Shown here: one piece after another, positions 1 to 9,284 of the stretch
Layout: each line of letters starts with the position of its first letter
Position numbering within the stretch: the first letter of the stretch is position 1
Translations under genes and position numbers: made by a program
The notes under the pieces: generated by a model
The model's input: the letters and a program-made list of their open reading frames with translations, nothing else
Told to the model about the DNA's origin: nothing
Database searches by the model: none
Assembly: GCA_038867615.1 (NCBI GenBank)
Contig: JAWBYA010000002.1
Coordinates: 367,331-431,330 of the forward strand
Source of the DNA: Sulfolobales archaeon
GTDB lineage: Archaea > Thermoproteota > Thermoprotei_A > Sulfolobales > AG1
Length of the DNA stretch: 64,000 bases
Direction: 5' to 3'

Positions 1-884
1 TATATGAGCTTATTAAGGATCTAAAGGTTTCTGACGCATTAGTTGATGTTCCTTCATGCTATGTTGATGACCCGCTAGCTATAGCTTTAGATATACTGGC
101 TGCAAAGAGATCTCCCAGGAGGATTGTTATAATAGATAGGGAGAGGAAGGTTAGAGGTGTGATCACCTCCCTCAGGATCCTTGAGATCCTCTTAGGCTTC
201 AGGGGTTCTGTGATGGTTAAGCTGAGAGGCTTGACCAGGGTTCTCAGGGAGAAGGTGATCCTTTTCTCCGACGAGGCACCCTATACAATGGTTCGGGACA
301 CACCCCTAATATCGGTTATAAAACATATGGGTGAGAATAGCATACCAATGATACCGATAGTAGATGATCTGGGCACATATATGGGTGTAATCGACGAGAC
401 CCGCGTGCTAAAACTCCTCAAGGGGAGAACATTCGGAGAAGAAGTGTCAATAGCCATTGAGGCCGTATTCCCATCAGTATTTATGAGAGACACTGCTTTG
501 AAGGCTGCCGAGGCTATGATAAAAGAGGTGAAGGGCAAGGCTGTGGTTCTTAACGATAAGAACCTGCCAGCCGGTGTTGTTACTGCGAAAGATATACTCA
601 AACTACCCCTCGTGACTGAGGAGATAATAGAGCTTCTGAGAACAGATGTTGAGGTTGGTTTCGCAGATATACTTGGCAAGGTGGGTGTTACTAAAGTGAT
701 GAGCTCGCCAGCGATCATAGCTAGAGAGGGTGAAGATATAGGCAGAGCCATAGACACCATGATCGATAGCGATGTGGGGCTCTTACCGATTGTAAGCGAG
801 AAGGAGGGAAGATTCACCGGGGTTTTAACAAGGATGAGTGTGATAAGAGCGATAGTGAGAGAACATATAAATCCCCTGGGGTAA
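1..884 (+). CDS. Multi-CBS-domain protein (5' truncated by window edge)
   Basis: Frame is open from nt 3 (YELIKDLKVSDAL...); repeated CBS motifs (IPIVDDLGTYMGVI, LPIVSEKEGRFTGVLT). Confidence 0.85.
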   Translation, partial: YELIKDLKVSDALVDVPSCYVDDPLAIALDILAAKRSPRRIVIIDRERKVRGVITSLRILEILLGFRGSVMVKLRGLTRVLREKVILFSDEAPYTMVRDTPLISVIKHMGENSIPMIPIVDDLGTYMGVIDETRVLKLLKGRTFGEEVSIAIEAVFPSVFMRDTALKAAEAMIKEVKGKAVVLNDKNLPAGVVTAKDILKLPLVTEEIIELLRTDVEVGFADILGKVGVTKVMSSPAIIAREGEDIGRAIDTMIDSDVGLLPIVSEKEGRFTGVLTRMSVIRAIVREHINPLG

Positions 885-889
885 GGAGT

Positions 890-2107
890 GTGGATATAAC
901 AAGAAGGATCGAGGATTATATTGGGATCGTTGATAGAGATGAGATCGAGTATATCAAGGAGTTGGCAGAGAACGTAAAGGGAGCCAGGGTTCTCCATATA
1001 AACTCAACAAAGAAAGGTGGAGGAGTTGCCGAGATCCTTAGGAGTGTCGTTCCACTAGCAAACTCTCTAGGGCTTAAGGTTAGGTGGGAGGTGATAAGCG
1101 GGGATAGAGAGTTCTTTGAAGTAACTAAGAGTTTCCACAATGCTCTCCAGGGCAATAAGGTGCTAAAGCTTGGAGGAGACATGATTAGAAAGTATCTAGA
1201 AACTAACGAGATAAATGCTGGGAAAATCGATACTGATGCCGATGTTATCGTGATCCACGATCCACAGCCTGCAGCCCTGATATCTTATAAGAATAAAGGG
1301 AGCTCGAAGTGGATTTGGAGGTGCCATATAGACCTCTCGGATCCCAATGAGCAGTTCTGGAGCTTTCTAAGGGGCTTTGTGACCATGTATGATGCAGCTA
1401 TATTCTCCCACGGTATATATGTGCCCAGGGATCTCAGAGGGATCAAGATCTATATATCCCACCCATCAATAGACCCTCTGACCGATAAGAATAAGCCGCT
1501 AAGCCAGACAGAGATTGAGAGAACTATATCTAAATACGGAATAGATCCTGAGAAACCCTTGGTAGGACAAGTAGCCAGGTTCGACCCTTGGAAGGATCAC
1601 CAATCAGTGGTTAGGGTTTATAAGGCTTTGAGACAGAAGGTGGAGAATCTACAGCTAGTGCTCCTAGGATCCTTTGCCGACGACGATCCAGAGGGGGAAA
1701 GGATCTATAAAGAGGTTCTTAAAGAAACCGAGGGTCTTAGTGATGTGTATGTTATAAACGAGCACAACGATTTTCTGGTAAACGCTATCCAGAGATCCAT
1801 GGTTTTCGCATTCCAACTATCAATAAGAGAAGGTTTCGGACTAACAGTAAGCGAAGCTCTCTGGAAATACACACCAGTTATAGGGAGAAGAGCCGGAGGA
1901 ATACCACTACAGGTAATAGATGGTGTGACAGGCTATTTAGTCAATAATATAGAAGAGGCATACGAAAAAGCCCTCATGCTCACAAAGAAGCCATGGCTAG
2001 CAAGAATGCTTGGTGCCAATGGACACCAACATGTTAAGAGGAACTTCCTGATCACAAGAGACCTAAGAGACTATCTAAGAATACACATAGATCTCGTTGC
2101 CAGATAA
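890..2107 (+). CDS. treT: Trehalose glycosyltransferring synthase (GT4)
   Basis: HINSTKKGGGVAEIL, IHDPQP, WRCHID, ARFDPWK and EGFGLTVSEALWK motifs typical of TreT. Confidence 0.88.
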   Translation: MDITRRIEDYIGIVDRDEIEYIKELAENVKGARVLHINSTKKGGGVAEILRSVVPLANSLGLKVRWEVISGDREFFEVTKSFHNALQGNKVLKLGGDMIRKYLETNEINAGKIDTDADVIVIHDPQPAALISYKNKGSSKWIWRCHIDLSDPNEQFWSFLRGFVTMYDAAIFSHGIYVPRDLRGIKIYISHPSIDPLTDKNKPLSQTEIERTISKYGIDPEKPLVGQVARFDPWKDHQSVVRVYKALRQKVENLQLVLLGSFADDDPEGERIYKEVLKETEGLSDVYVINEHNDFLVNAIQRSMVFAFQLSIREGFGLTVSEALWKYTPVIGRRAGGIPLQVIDGVTGYLVNNIEEAYEKALMLTKKPWLARMLGANGHQHVKRNFLITRDLRDYLRIHIDLVAR

Positions 2108-2422
2108 CCTAACCACCACCGCTCTCCACGATCTTGCCACACAGAGATCATCCTATTAACAAGACATTCACAACAGTTTGACCCTGGATGCTAATTCTAC
2201 TCATTTTATTATTCATGGTCACATCCAAGGACTTCCGCCCCAACCCGCAGGATCTCTAACCCTGCGGGGTCATGGGAGTCTGTCGAGCCAAACAGCACCT
2301 GCCTCCCATCTACTAAGAGATCATCACCTAGATGGCTTGGAGCTTTGCTTCCATCGCTAGTCAATATGGAGACAAGTCCTACCAGCAGAGATAGATGTAT
2401 ATAGTTGATAGGGAGAGATCGC

Positions 2423-2465
2423 AATGATCGGGTTTGCAGAAAACTGCAAACCCAGAATATATAAT
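2423..2465 (+). promoter_or_regulatory. Palindromic operator GGGTTTGCAG-AAAA-CTGCAAACCC (2430-2453) plus TATA box ATATATAAT (2457-2465), copy 1
   Basis: Perfect 10-bp inverted repeat; 40/43 nt identical to 52181-52223 with the same spacing to TATA. Confidence 0.8.
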
Positions 2466-2496
2466 CTTTCTACCACCGGGGGAGTTGGTGAATATA

Positions 2497-3999
2497 ATGG
2501 CGAGAATCGGTCGTGCCGGAAAGATACTACCCATTATATTGACAGCCATCCTAGTTTCTGGACTGCTATCCCCAATGATCAGTATAACCACAGCCCAGAT
2601 TCAGAGGGATATAAATCTAACCATAATGCTTGAGAAAGTAAGATCTTCTGTGGTGCTTATAATAACAATAGTAAAGGCGGTGATAATATGGGAGGACTTT
2701 ATACCACAGCTTCGAGAGGTTAGGATGGATCCTGTGGTGGAAGTAAGCACCATAGCCTTTGGCTCGGGGTTCTTTGTATCTAGCGATGGCTATATAATAA
2801 CAAACGGGCATGTTGTTAACGACTACCAATCAGAGTTCCAAAGAGTCCTCCCCCTTCTGAAGGACTTTGTGCAACAGTATCTTGAAGCAAGGACAAAGAC
2901 CACCGGCCAGCAGCCGAGCCAAGAGGAGATGCAACAACTATTTAGAGAAGTTATTAGGGCGTACTTAACTAATAGGTTGAAGATCCAAGACTATACTGTA
3001 GATGTGCGTGTTGGTGCTGGCAGGGTTGTTTCAGGCTTCGCCAACATAGGTAAGCTCTATACAGCAAGGATAGCATATTCCTCCCCCTTTGAAAAGGAAG
3101 ATCTAGCTTTACTAAAGATAGAGATAAAGAATGCCCCGTCTATCCGAGTGGCTCAGGAGAACATAGCCAGAGTAGGAGAGAGGGTTTGGGCTTTAGGATA
3201 CCCAGGTGTTGTTACTTTCCATCAACTGCTGGGTGTGGAAACGCTCTTAGAGCCTACTATAACAGAGGGTACCGTGAGTGGTTATAGGACGAAGACAGCT
3301 GGTGTGAGTGTTTTGCAATCTGACGTAACAGTTACGCATGGGAATAGCGGTGGGCCTGTTGTTAATTCAAACGGTATCGTGGTTGCTGTAACGTCTTTCG
3401 GATCAGCGGATCCTTCGGATAGCGGTAGAGAGGTTCCTGGGTTCAATTTCTTCGTTCCGGCATCGTATGTCTATGATATTATCAGAAGGTTTTCCGTTAA
3501 TAATGTTGAAAGCGAGACTATAAAGTTCTATGAGGAAGGTCTCAGGCTATTCTATCAGAAACAATACAGAGCCGCTATAGAGAGGTTCCAGATAGTCAAG
3601 AACCTATACCCAGGATTCCCATTCGTGGATGACTACATAACCGATGCCCAGAAAGCCATACTCAGAGGTGAAGAAGCCTCCCAGTTCCCCATAGACATGA
3701 CAATGATAGCCATAATAGCGGTTGGAGCAGCTGCTGGTGGGGGAGCGGGGTATATGTTTCTAAGGAGGAGGAAAGAGGCGGTTGGTAAGGTAAAGGGACA
3801 GCAGGGTCAGTGGCAATACGGGCAACAGTGGGGATATCAGCAGCCTCAGCAACCGCCGAGCCCAGCCCAGATGCCATTGCAATCGCCAGGGCCTCAGCAA
3901 CCACCCAGACTTCCTCCGGGCTATAAGTTCTGTATAAACTGTGGTAAGATCATACCTGAGGATAGCACTAAATGCCCATACTGCAATGCGGATCAGTAG
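2497..3999 (+). CDS. Membrane-anchored trypsin-like (S1) serine protease with TPR-like helix pair, TM, Gln/Pro linker and C-terminal zinc ribbon
   Basis: GSGFFVSSDGYIITNGHVV, DLALLK, HGNSGGP triad; signal peptide; TM followed by RRRK; CINC...CPYC. Start moved from 2434 to ATG 2497 (downstream of TATA, GGTGA SD). Confidence 0.85.
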   Translation: MARIGRAGKILPIILTAILVSGLLSPMISITTAQIQRDINLTIMLEKVRSSVVLIITIVKAVIIWEDFIPQLREVRMDPVVEVSTIAFGSGFFVSSDGYIITNGHVVNDYQSEFQRVLPLLKDFVQQYLEARTKTTGQQPSQEEMQQLFREVIRAYLTNRLKIQDYTVDVRVGAGRVVSGFANIGKLYTARIAYSSPFEKEDLALLKIEIKNAPSIRVAQENIARVGERVWALGYPGVVTFHQLLGVETLLEPTITEGTVSGYRTKTAGVSVLQSDVTVTHGNSGGPVVNSNGIVVAVTSFGSADPSDSGREVPGFNFFVPASYVYDIIRRFSVNNVESETIKFYEEGLRLFYQKQYRAAIERFQIVKNLYPGFPFVDDYITDAQKAILRGEEASQFPIDMTMIAIIAVGAAAGGGAGYMFLRRRKEAVGKVKGQQGQWQYGQQWGYQQPQQPPSPAQMPLQSPGPQQPPRLPPGYKFCINCGKIIPEDSTKCPYCNADQ

Positions 4000-4023
4000 C
4001 GATAAGATCTAGGGGAGCTTGTT

Positions 4024-6672
4024 ATGAATAGATATAGACAAGGCCGAGCAAAGATCCAGAGGATAGTATTATCACTACTCCTACTCCTAGCCCTATTACC
4101 AAACATCTCTATGAATATACCCAGCGTGCTGCTTACAAGCGGGGATACACAGCCCAAGATAGGGGATCAGTGGTTCTTCGAGATCTATAGCAACGAGCGA
4201 GTATATAGCCCCCGGGGTCCTGATAACTTCGTCTTAGTAGGCTACACCATAAATACTATTCAGGCAGCTAGTGGTGGTTACTATACACTCAACCAAACAA
4301 CATTGAACTCCGATCGTGATGTGATAAACACAGTCCTATATACCCTCTACCCCGACTGGAAGATTAAGGAGGAGAGACAACCCACGGGATATGGCGAAAC
4401 AATCGTTTACACCTACAAGCAACCACTACCCTTTGCCTTCATAGTACATCCAAGATCATCACAGGATTCGGGTAGCATTACCGCGGTGGCTGACAAGTAC
4501 CAGGAGAGTAGCAGTGGTAGGACTTATCTTGGCAACATAACATATAACCTGAGATACCGTGTTAACGGTACCATCCAGGTGGATTTCAAAGGCGTTAAGG
4601 TTCCAGCATACATGGTTGTTGAGAGTATAGATTACGAGGAATATGATGTTGAGCAAGGATACTCCAGCGGCTCTTTAGCGTTAATTTATCTGATCAACAA
4701 TGACTTCAAACTACCCTTCAGCTACCAGTTCGTGGAAAACATAGAGGGCGTTGATATCGTTAGCAGCAAGGAAGAGCTGAAGGAATACAGGCTAGATCCT
4801 GACCCTATTGCTAAGTATAGAGGAACCACCACATATACCACAACGACTACCACAACCACGACGACCGGGACTACCACGACTACATATACGCCGTCAGGGT
4901 CTATACAGCCCAAGGTAGGGGATCAGTGGTTTTACAATAGATATAGTAATGAGAGAGTATATAACCCCCAGGGTCCGGATAACTTCACCTTAACAGCAAA
5001 CGACATATATACCATCCAGTCAGCAACTGGCGATTATTATATTCTCAACCAAACATCTGTTTTTAATGAGACCGGGATCAGGGGAAGAGTTGTGACCATG
5101 ATCGCCATGTACCCTAACTGGAGCGTTAAAGAGATGGATATATTATTCCTGCTGACTGCTAAAGTCATCTTCAAGCAACCCATGCCATTCGTGATCCATC
5201 CAAGATCGTCCCAGGATTCAGGGAGCATTATCGCAATAGCAGAGACGTATTTGTTTGGCAGCTACACAGGCAATGTCACATTCTATATAAACTATCGCGT
5301 GAATGGCACCACCTGGGTAACGATCAAAGGGGTTAAGGTACCAGCATACATAGTTATCCAAAAAGTCGATGTTCAGACGTACACGGTCTCTGAGGGTCAA
5401 GAGAGCTATTCCAACGACTCCTACACCGAAGTCTATCTGATTAACAATGATTTCAAACTACCATTCCAACGCCAAACTATAAGAACCATCAACGGGGTTG
5501 AAGTCGTTACAGAGAAGAGTGAGCTAGTAAGATATAACCTAGACCCAGATCCCATCGCTAAGTATGGAGGTACAACTACGACTACAACGACAACAACCAC
5601 GACGATTGCTACGACTACCACAACGACAACAGCTACAACCCCGCCACCGGTTACTACTACAACCACAGCAACACCAACGACAACAACTATAGGGCCTGCT
5701 CCTAAGAGTTATTATGTGTCTTTCATCCTTAGAAAGGAGGGTAACTATTCGGCTGCAAGTGTTCAGGTGCCTATAGAGATCACTGATCTTGATTCTGGCG
5801 ATGTTGTTTCGACGTTCAATCTAACTGGTTCAAGGATTCTGAGGCTTCAGGAGTCTAGCTATGCCATTGCGGCATTGGTAACCGAGGATGCTACAAGCGA
5901 TGGTAAGGGTTATTATAGGTTTATCAAGTGGGTTGTTGGTTCAAGGGAGTATACAGACCCTGTATTAGAGCTAGATCTCAGGCAAAACATAACAATAACA
6001 ATGGTTATCGAGGTCTATACATTACAAGCCCAGGTACAGCCGGCGCAAACCCAGACAACAACCACAGCGGCAACGACAACAACACAGACCCCGAGAAACA
6101 CAACAACCACAAGAACAGAGGTGGTGACGCCGCCTAGAACAACAGCACAGACAATACCAGGGAGTGGGGATACAGGCAAAGGCAGTGGAGGCGATATAGG
6201 TGCAATACCACCCCCACAGGCAACCCAGACACAGGCCTGGTACTCTAACCCGCTTATAATAGGCTCCATAGCTGGTGGTGGCGCAGCAGCGATAGCCCTC
6301 TTTATACTGAAGAAGAGAAATACACTCAGAAGAGACGGCTATGCTAGGCCGGCTCCACCACCCCCACCACCTCCTACTCCCTACGTCCCTCCACCCCAAC
6401 CCACAACTCAGCAAGCCCAAACACCGCTGCCTCAACAACCACATGTCTCTCAAGCTCCTCCACAGCCATCAACCCAGCTGGGGATCATATGTCCTGTCTG
6501 TGGATATCAGAACCCGCCTTCGGCTAGGTTCTGCAGAAGCTGTGGATCCCAGTTACAACAGCTGCAACAGGCAGCACAGACTGGAGGGCAGAGGATATGC
6601 CCCCACTGTGGAACGCCTATAAGTTCTGCAACTGCCAAGTTCTGTCCTAAATGCGGTTCTAGGCTATCCTAG
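4024..6672 (+). CDS. Surface protein: two ~220-aa tandem domains, Thr-rich linkers, Ig-like domain, TM, Pro/Gln linker, double zinc ribbon
   Basis: Signal peptide; repeats QPKxGDQWF...LDPDPIAKY; poly-Thr; TM followed by KKR; CPVC/CRSC/CPHC/CPKC. Confidence 0.8.
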   Translation: MNRYRQGRAKIQRIVLSLLLLLALLPNISMNIPSVLLTSGDTQPKIGDQWFFEIYSNERVYSPRGPDNFVLVGYTINTIQAASGGYYTLNQTTLNSDRDVINTVLYTLYPDWKIKEERQPTGYGETIVYTYKQPLPFAFIVHPRSSQDSGSITAVADKYQESSSGRTYLGNITYNLRYRVNGTIQVDFKGVKVPAYMVVESIDYEEYDVEQGYSSGSLALIYLINNDFKLPFSYQFVENIEGVDIVSSKEELKEYRLDPDPIAKYRGTTTYTTTTTTTTTTGTTTTTYTPSGSIQPKVGDQWFYNRYSNERVYNPQGPDNFTLTANDIYTIQSATGDYYILNQTSVFNETGIRGRVVTMIAMYPNWSVKEMDILFLLTAKVIFKQPMPFVIHPRSSQDSGSIIAIAETYLFGSYTGNVTFYINYRVNGTTWVTIKGVKVPAYIVIQKVDVQTYTVSEGQESYSNDSYTEVYLINNDFKLPFQRQTIRTINGVEVVTEKSELVRYNLDPDPIAKYGGTTTTTTTTTTTIATTTTTTTATTPPPVTTTTTATPTTTTIGPAPKSYYVSFILRKEGNYSAASVQVPIEITDLDSGDVVSTFNLTGSRILRLQESSYAIAALVTEDATSDGKGYYRFIKWVVGSREYTDPVLELDLRQNITITMVIEVYTLQAQVQPAQTQTTTTAATTTTQTPRNTTTTRTEVVTPPRTTAQTIPGSGDTGKGSGGDIGAIPPPQATQTQAWYSNPLIIGSIAGGGAAAIALFILKKRNTLRRDGYARPAPPPPPPPTPYVPPPQPTTQQAQTPLPQQPHVSQAPPQPSTQLGIICPVCGYQNPPSARFCRSCGSQLQQLQQAAQTGGQRICPHCGTPISSATAKFCPKCGSRLS
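4150..5565 (+). repeat. Intragenic tandem domain duplication (4150-4818 and 4906-5565)
   Basis: Shared blocks GDQWF, YSNERVYxPxGPDNF, HPRSSQDSGSI, KGVKVPAY, YLINNDFKLPF, LDPDPIAKY. Confidence 0.9.
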
Positions 6673-9170
6673 AGGTTTTTATCCCTCCTGATACTTGATA
6701 TTTGTTTTTTCAGCCTCTCTATGAATAGGCGTGCTTCTTCTTCTCTCCCCTTTGCAGCGTTTTCAAGCATATCTAGTGTTTGGGCTAGTATATCCTCGCC
6801 CCTCTTTTTCATACTATCTATACTCCATAGGATGGCTCCACAGATAGCCATCACATAGATCTTTCTATAAAAGCTACATCTATGGATATTACCAAGGCTC
6901 CATGCAACATCTTCCGAAGGATCTTCGCCTCTTAGATACTTAACCAACGCCCTACCAGTTCTAGCAAGCACTAATGGTTCGCCCATCTTGATCTTGTTAT
7001 TAGTCATGATCTCCTCGGCCTTGTCTAGATCTCTCTCGCCAGCCTCTAGATCTCCTAAGAGGAGCTTTGATATTGACATATCTATATATATGCTAGCCTC
7101 TAAATATGGGTAGCCGGGCCCTAGGATTGTTGCTGCTTTTTCAAGCATCTCCACAGAGCCCTTAAGATCCGCTAACATGAAGAGGGTGCTAGCCAACTCT
7201 TTATACCCTATCGCCAGGCTATGCTTCGCACCGAGATCCTCAAAGATCTTCATGGCCGTTTTAAGGGAATCGATGGAATCCCCATACCTAAGCATAAGCC
7301 TATAAGCCATGCTAAGCCATCCCCTAGCCAGTGCTTCTCCAAACCTATTCCCAAAGACCATGTATCTCTTCACAATATGCTCAAGAATCTCTACAGCCTT
7401 CTCTAGATCCCCCATCTGCTGGTAAGTAGCTGCAATGTTATAGAGAGCACTATCACGGGCCTCACGATCCCTGAGTTCCATTGACATCCTTAAAGCTTGG
7501 TTGAGCTCTCTAAGCGATTCTTCATATCTATCCAAATGTCTGTATATAATACCCATCTCGATCTTAACTCGGAGCAAGAGTCTCTTGGAATAAGCCTCAC
7601 CTATCTCCCTAGCCCTTTCAAGATGATCCAGGCTGCTCCACGGATCTCCTCTAAGCTTCTCAACAATAGCCAGAGCAAGCTCAAACCAGCCGAGGTTTGT
7701 GGGGCTTTTCCACCTAACCGTATTTCTCGAAATCTTGTTGAGCACCTCGCCATATAGATGCAGACCGATCTTTCCTTGACTGATCGACTCAACAAGTTTG
7801 GGGAGCATCTCAGCAGCCTCTTCATACATGCCAGCATCTACATAGTGTTTCATAGCTACTAGATAGTCCTCGACGTATCCTCTAGATCTATGGTATGAGG
7901 CTATAATAGCGTGAAGCTCCTCGGGATCCTCTGTAACCCGTGCACATGTCTCTCTGATAAGCTCGTTAGCAGTATATCCTTCCCCTAACCTCTTGACCAG
8001 AAACATTCTCTCAAGCGTGCGGACAGCCTGTTTCGGATCGCTGATCCTGAGAAGCTTGATCATTGAGAAAGGCACTGGCCTCTCCGCTATCGAGATCAGC
8101 TCCAATACTCTACGCTCATCAGGAGATAATGCATCTATAACCTCGCTTACTATATATTCCATGGTTTTTGAGATCGCCTCGGAGCCTCTATGGCTCTTTA
8201 GTAATGATGAGTATAGCAATAACAGGTGGGGATGCCCACCAAATACGCTATAGAACCTCTCGAAATCCTCCAGCGATAAGCCTACCCTTTCAGCAAGGTC
8301 TCTAGCCTCTCCATACCCCATACCCCTCACCTCTATTGATGCACATCTTCCCAGGCAGTCTCTAGGCATCGTTCTCGATATTATGATCAGTTTGCTCTTG
8401 ATCCTCCCAAGCTCTGATACGGACTTAACAAGATCGTGTATAACGGGATCGGTGTTTAGGTGATAGTCATCAATAACTATAACCAGCTCCCTTGTCGAAA
8501 GCTCCTCAAGCAATAGGTTCATTAAGAGCCTCTCATCAGTAACACCACTATCAAGGGCTTCTAGTAGTCTTGGATATCCCAGTAAGTTGAGGAAGAGCGA
8601 GATCCTTCTAAGAAGCTGTATGAACGTGATCCCCCTATAGATCTGGTTCCAAAGCACAGGGATCTTAGAGTCGCTCAGAGCCCTAGCCACTAGAGAGGTT
8701 TTCCCTATCCCTGCAATGCCTACTACAAAAACAGGGTTTCCAACAGCCTTTTTCAAAGCATCTATATAGCTATCTCTACCCACGAAAACAGGTGTAGGGG
8801 GTGGGAGGAAATACATGTCATGCGCGGCTTTCCCGCCAGGCCTGCCAAGATCTATGCTAACGCCCCCAGCACCTACCCTGATCAAGATCTCAGGGGATCT
8901 AGCATAGTAGAGCTTAACATTAACACCCTCCCTTCTAACCCACCTACCCTCTACCAAACCGAGCTTCTCTAGCTTAGAGAGCCTTCTAGATACTGCTGTC
9001 TCATCAGCACCTAAAACTGTGCTGAGCTTCCTGGGGTTAGATGGCATTGAGGAGAGCACAATTAAGATCTTTAGCGATAAATCATCGGCTAGCGTGGAAA
9101 GGATCTCACCGGATCTCTCACGCCCCTCCTCGCTCCTGGGATTGTCGCTAATCATCTCGTTCGGAGCCAC
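6669..9170 (-). CDS. ArsR-type wHTH + STAND (NB-ARC/MalT-like) NTPase + TPR transcriptional regulator
   Basis: N-terminal HTH (LSTVLGADETAVSRRLSKLEKLGLV); FVGR; Walker A GIAGIGKT; Walker B IVIDDYH; GxP (GGHP); C-terminal TPRs. Confidence 0.85.
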   Translation of the reverse strand: MAPNEMISDNPRSEEGRERSGEILSTLADDLSLKILIVLSSMPSNPRKLSTVLGADETAVSRRLSKLEKLGLVEGRWVRREGVNVKLYYARSPEILIRVGAGGVSIDLGRPGGKAAHDMYFLPPPTPVFVGRDSYIDALKKAVGNPVFVVGIAGIGKTSLVARALSDSKIPVLWNQIYRGITFIQLLRRISLFLNLLGYPRLLEALDSGVTDERLLMNLLLEELSTRELVIVIDDYHLNTDPVIHDLVKSVSELGRIKSKLIIISRTMPRDCLGRCASIEVRGMGYGEARDLAERVGLSLEDFERFYSVFGGHPHLLLLYSSLLKSHRGSEAISKTMEYIVSEVIDALSPDERRVLELISIAERPVPFSMIKLLRISDPKQAVRTLERMFLVKRLGEGYTANELIRETCARVTEDPEELHAIIASYHRSRGYVEDYLVAMKHYVDAGMYEEAAEMLPKLVESISQGKIGLHLYGEVLNKISRNTVRWKSPTNLGWFELALAIVEKLRGDPWSSLDHLERAREIGEAYSKRLLLRVKIEMGIIYRHLDRYEESLRELNQALRMSMELRDREARDSALYNIAATYQQMGDLEKAVEILEHIVKRYMVFGNRFGEALARGWLSMAYRLMLRYGDSIDSLKTAMKIFEDLGAKHSLAIGYKELASTLFMLADLKGSVEMLEKAATILGPGYPYLEASIYIDMSISKLLLGDLEAGERDLDKAEEIMTNNKIKMGEPLVLARTGRALVKYLRGEDPSEDVAWSLGNIHRCSFYRKIYVMAICGAILWSIDSMKKRGEDILAQTLDMLENAAKGREEEARLFIERLKKQISSIRRDKNL

Positions 9171-9284
9171 CGCCTGACTCTTTAATAACTAACCTTCTAT
9201 ATATATAACGAGATAATATATGATAACATCACTTGCTCGAAAGCGGGTTATAACTGTCCTAGCGATAGATATACCAGAGGGTAT

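Noticed and set aside
2424-2633. 69-aa ORF MIGFAENCKP.. similar to the N-terminus of the 52182 ORF
   Set aside because: The similarity comes from translating the shared operator/TATA element; it is not a real peptide or domain.
4820-6150. ACN-rich short repeats as a CRISPR array or satellite
   Set aside because: They are poly-Thr linker codons inside a CDS; no CRISPR array is seen anywhere in the window.
6669-9170. STAND protein as an Avs-type antiviral effector
   Set aside because: The N-terminus is an ArsR-like HTH rather than a nuclease, TIR or Sir2 domain; a transcriptional role is more parsimonious, though defence regulation is not excluded.
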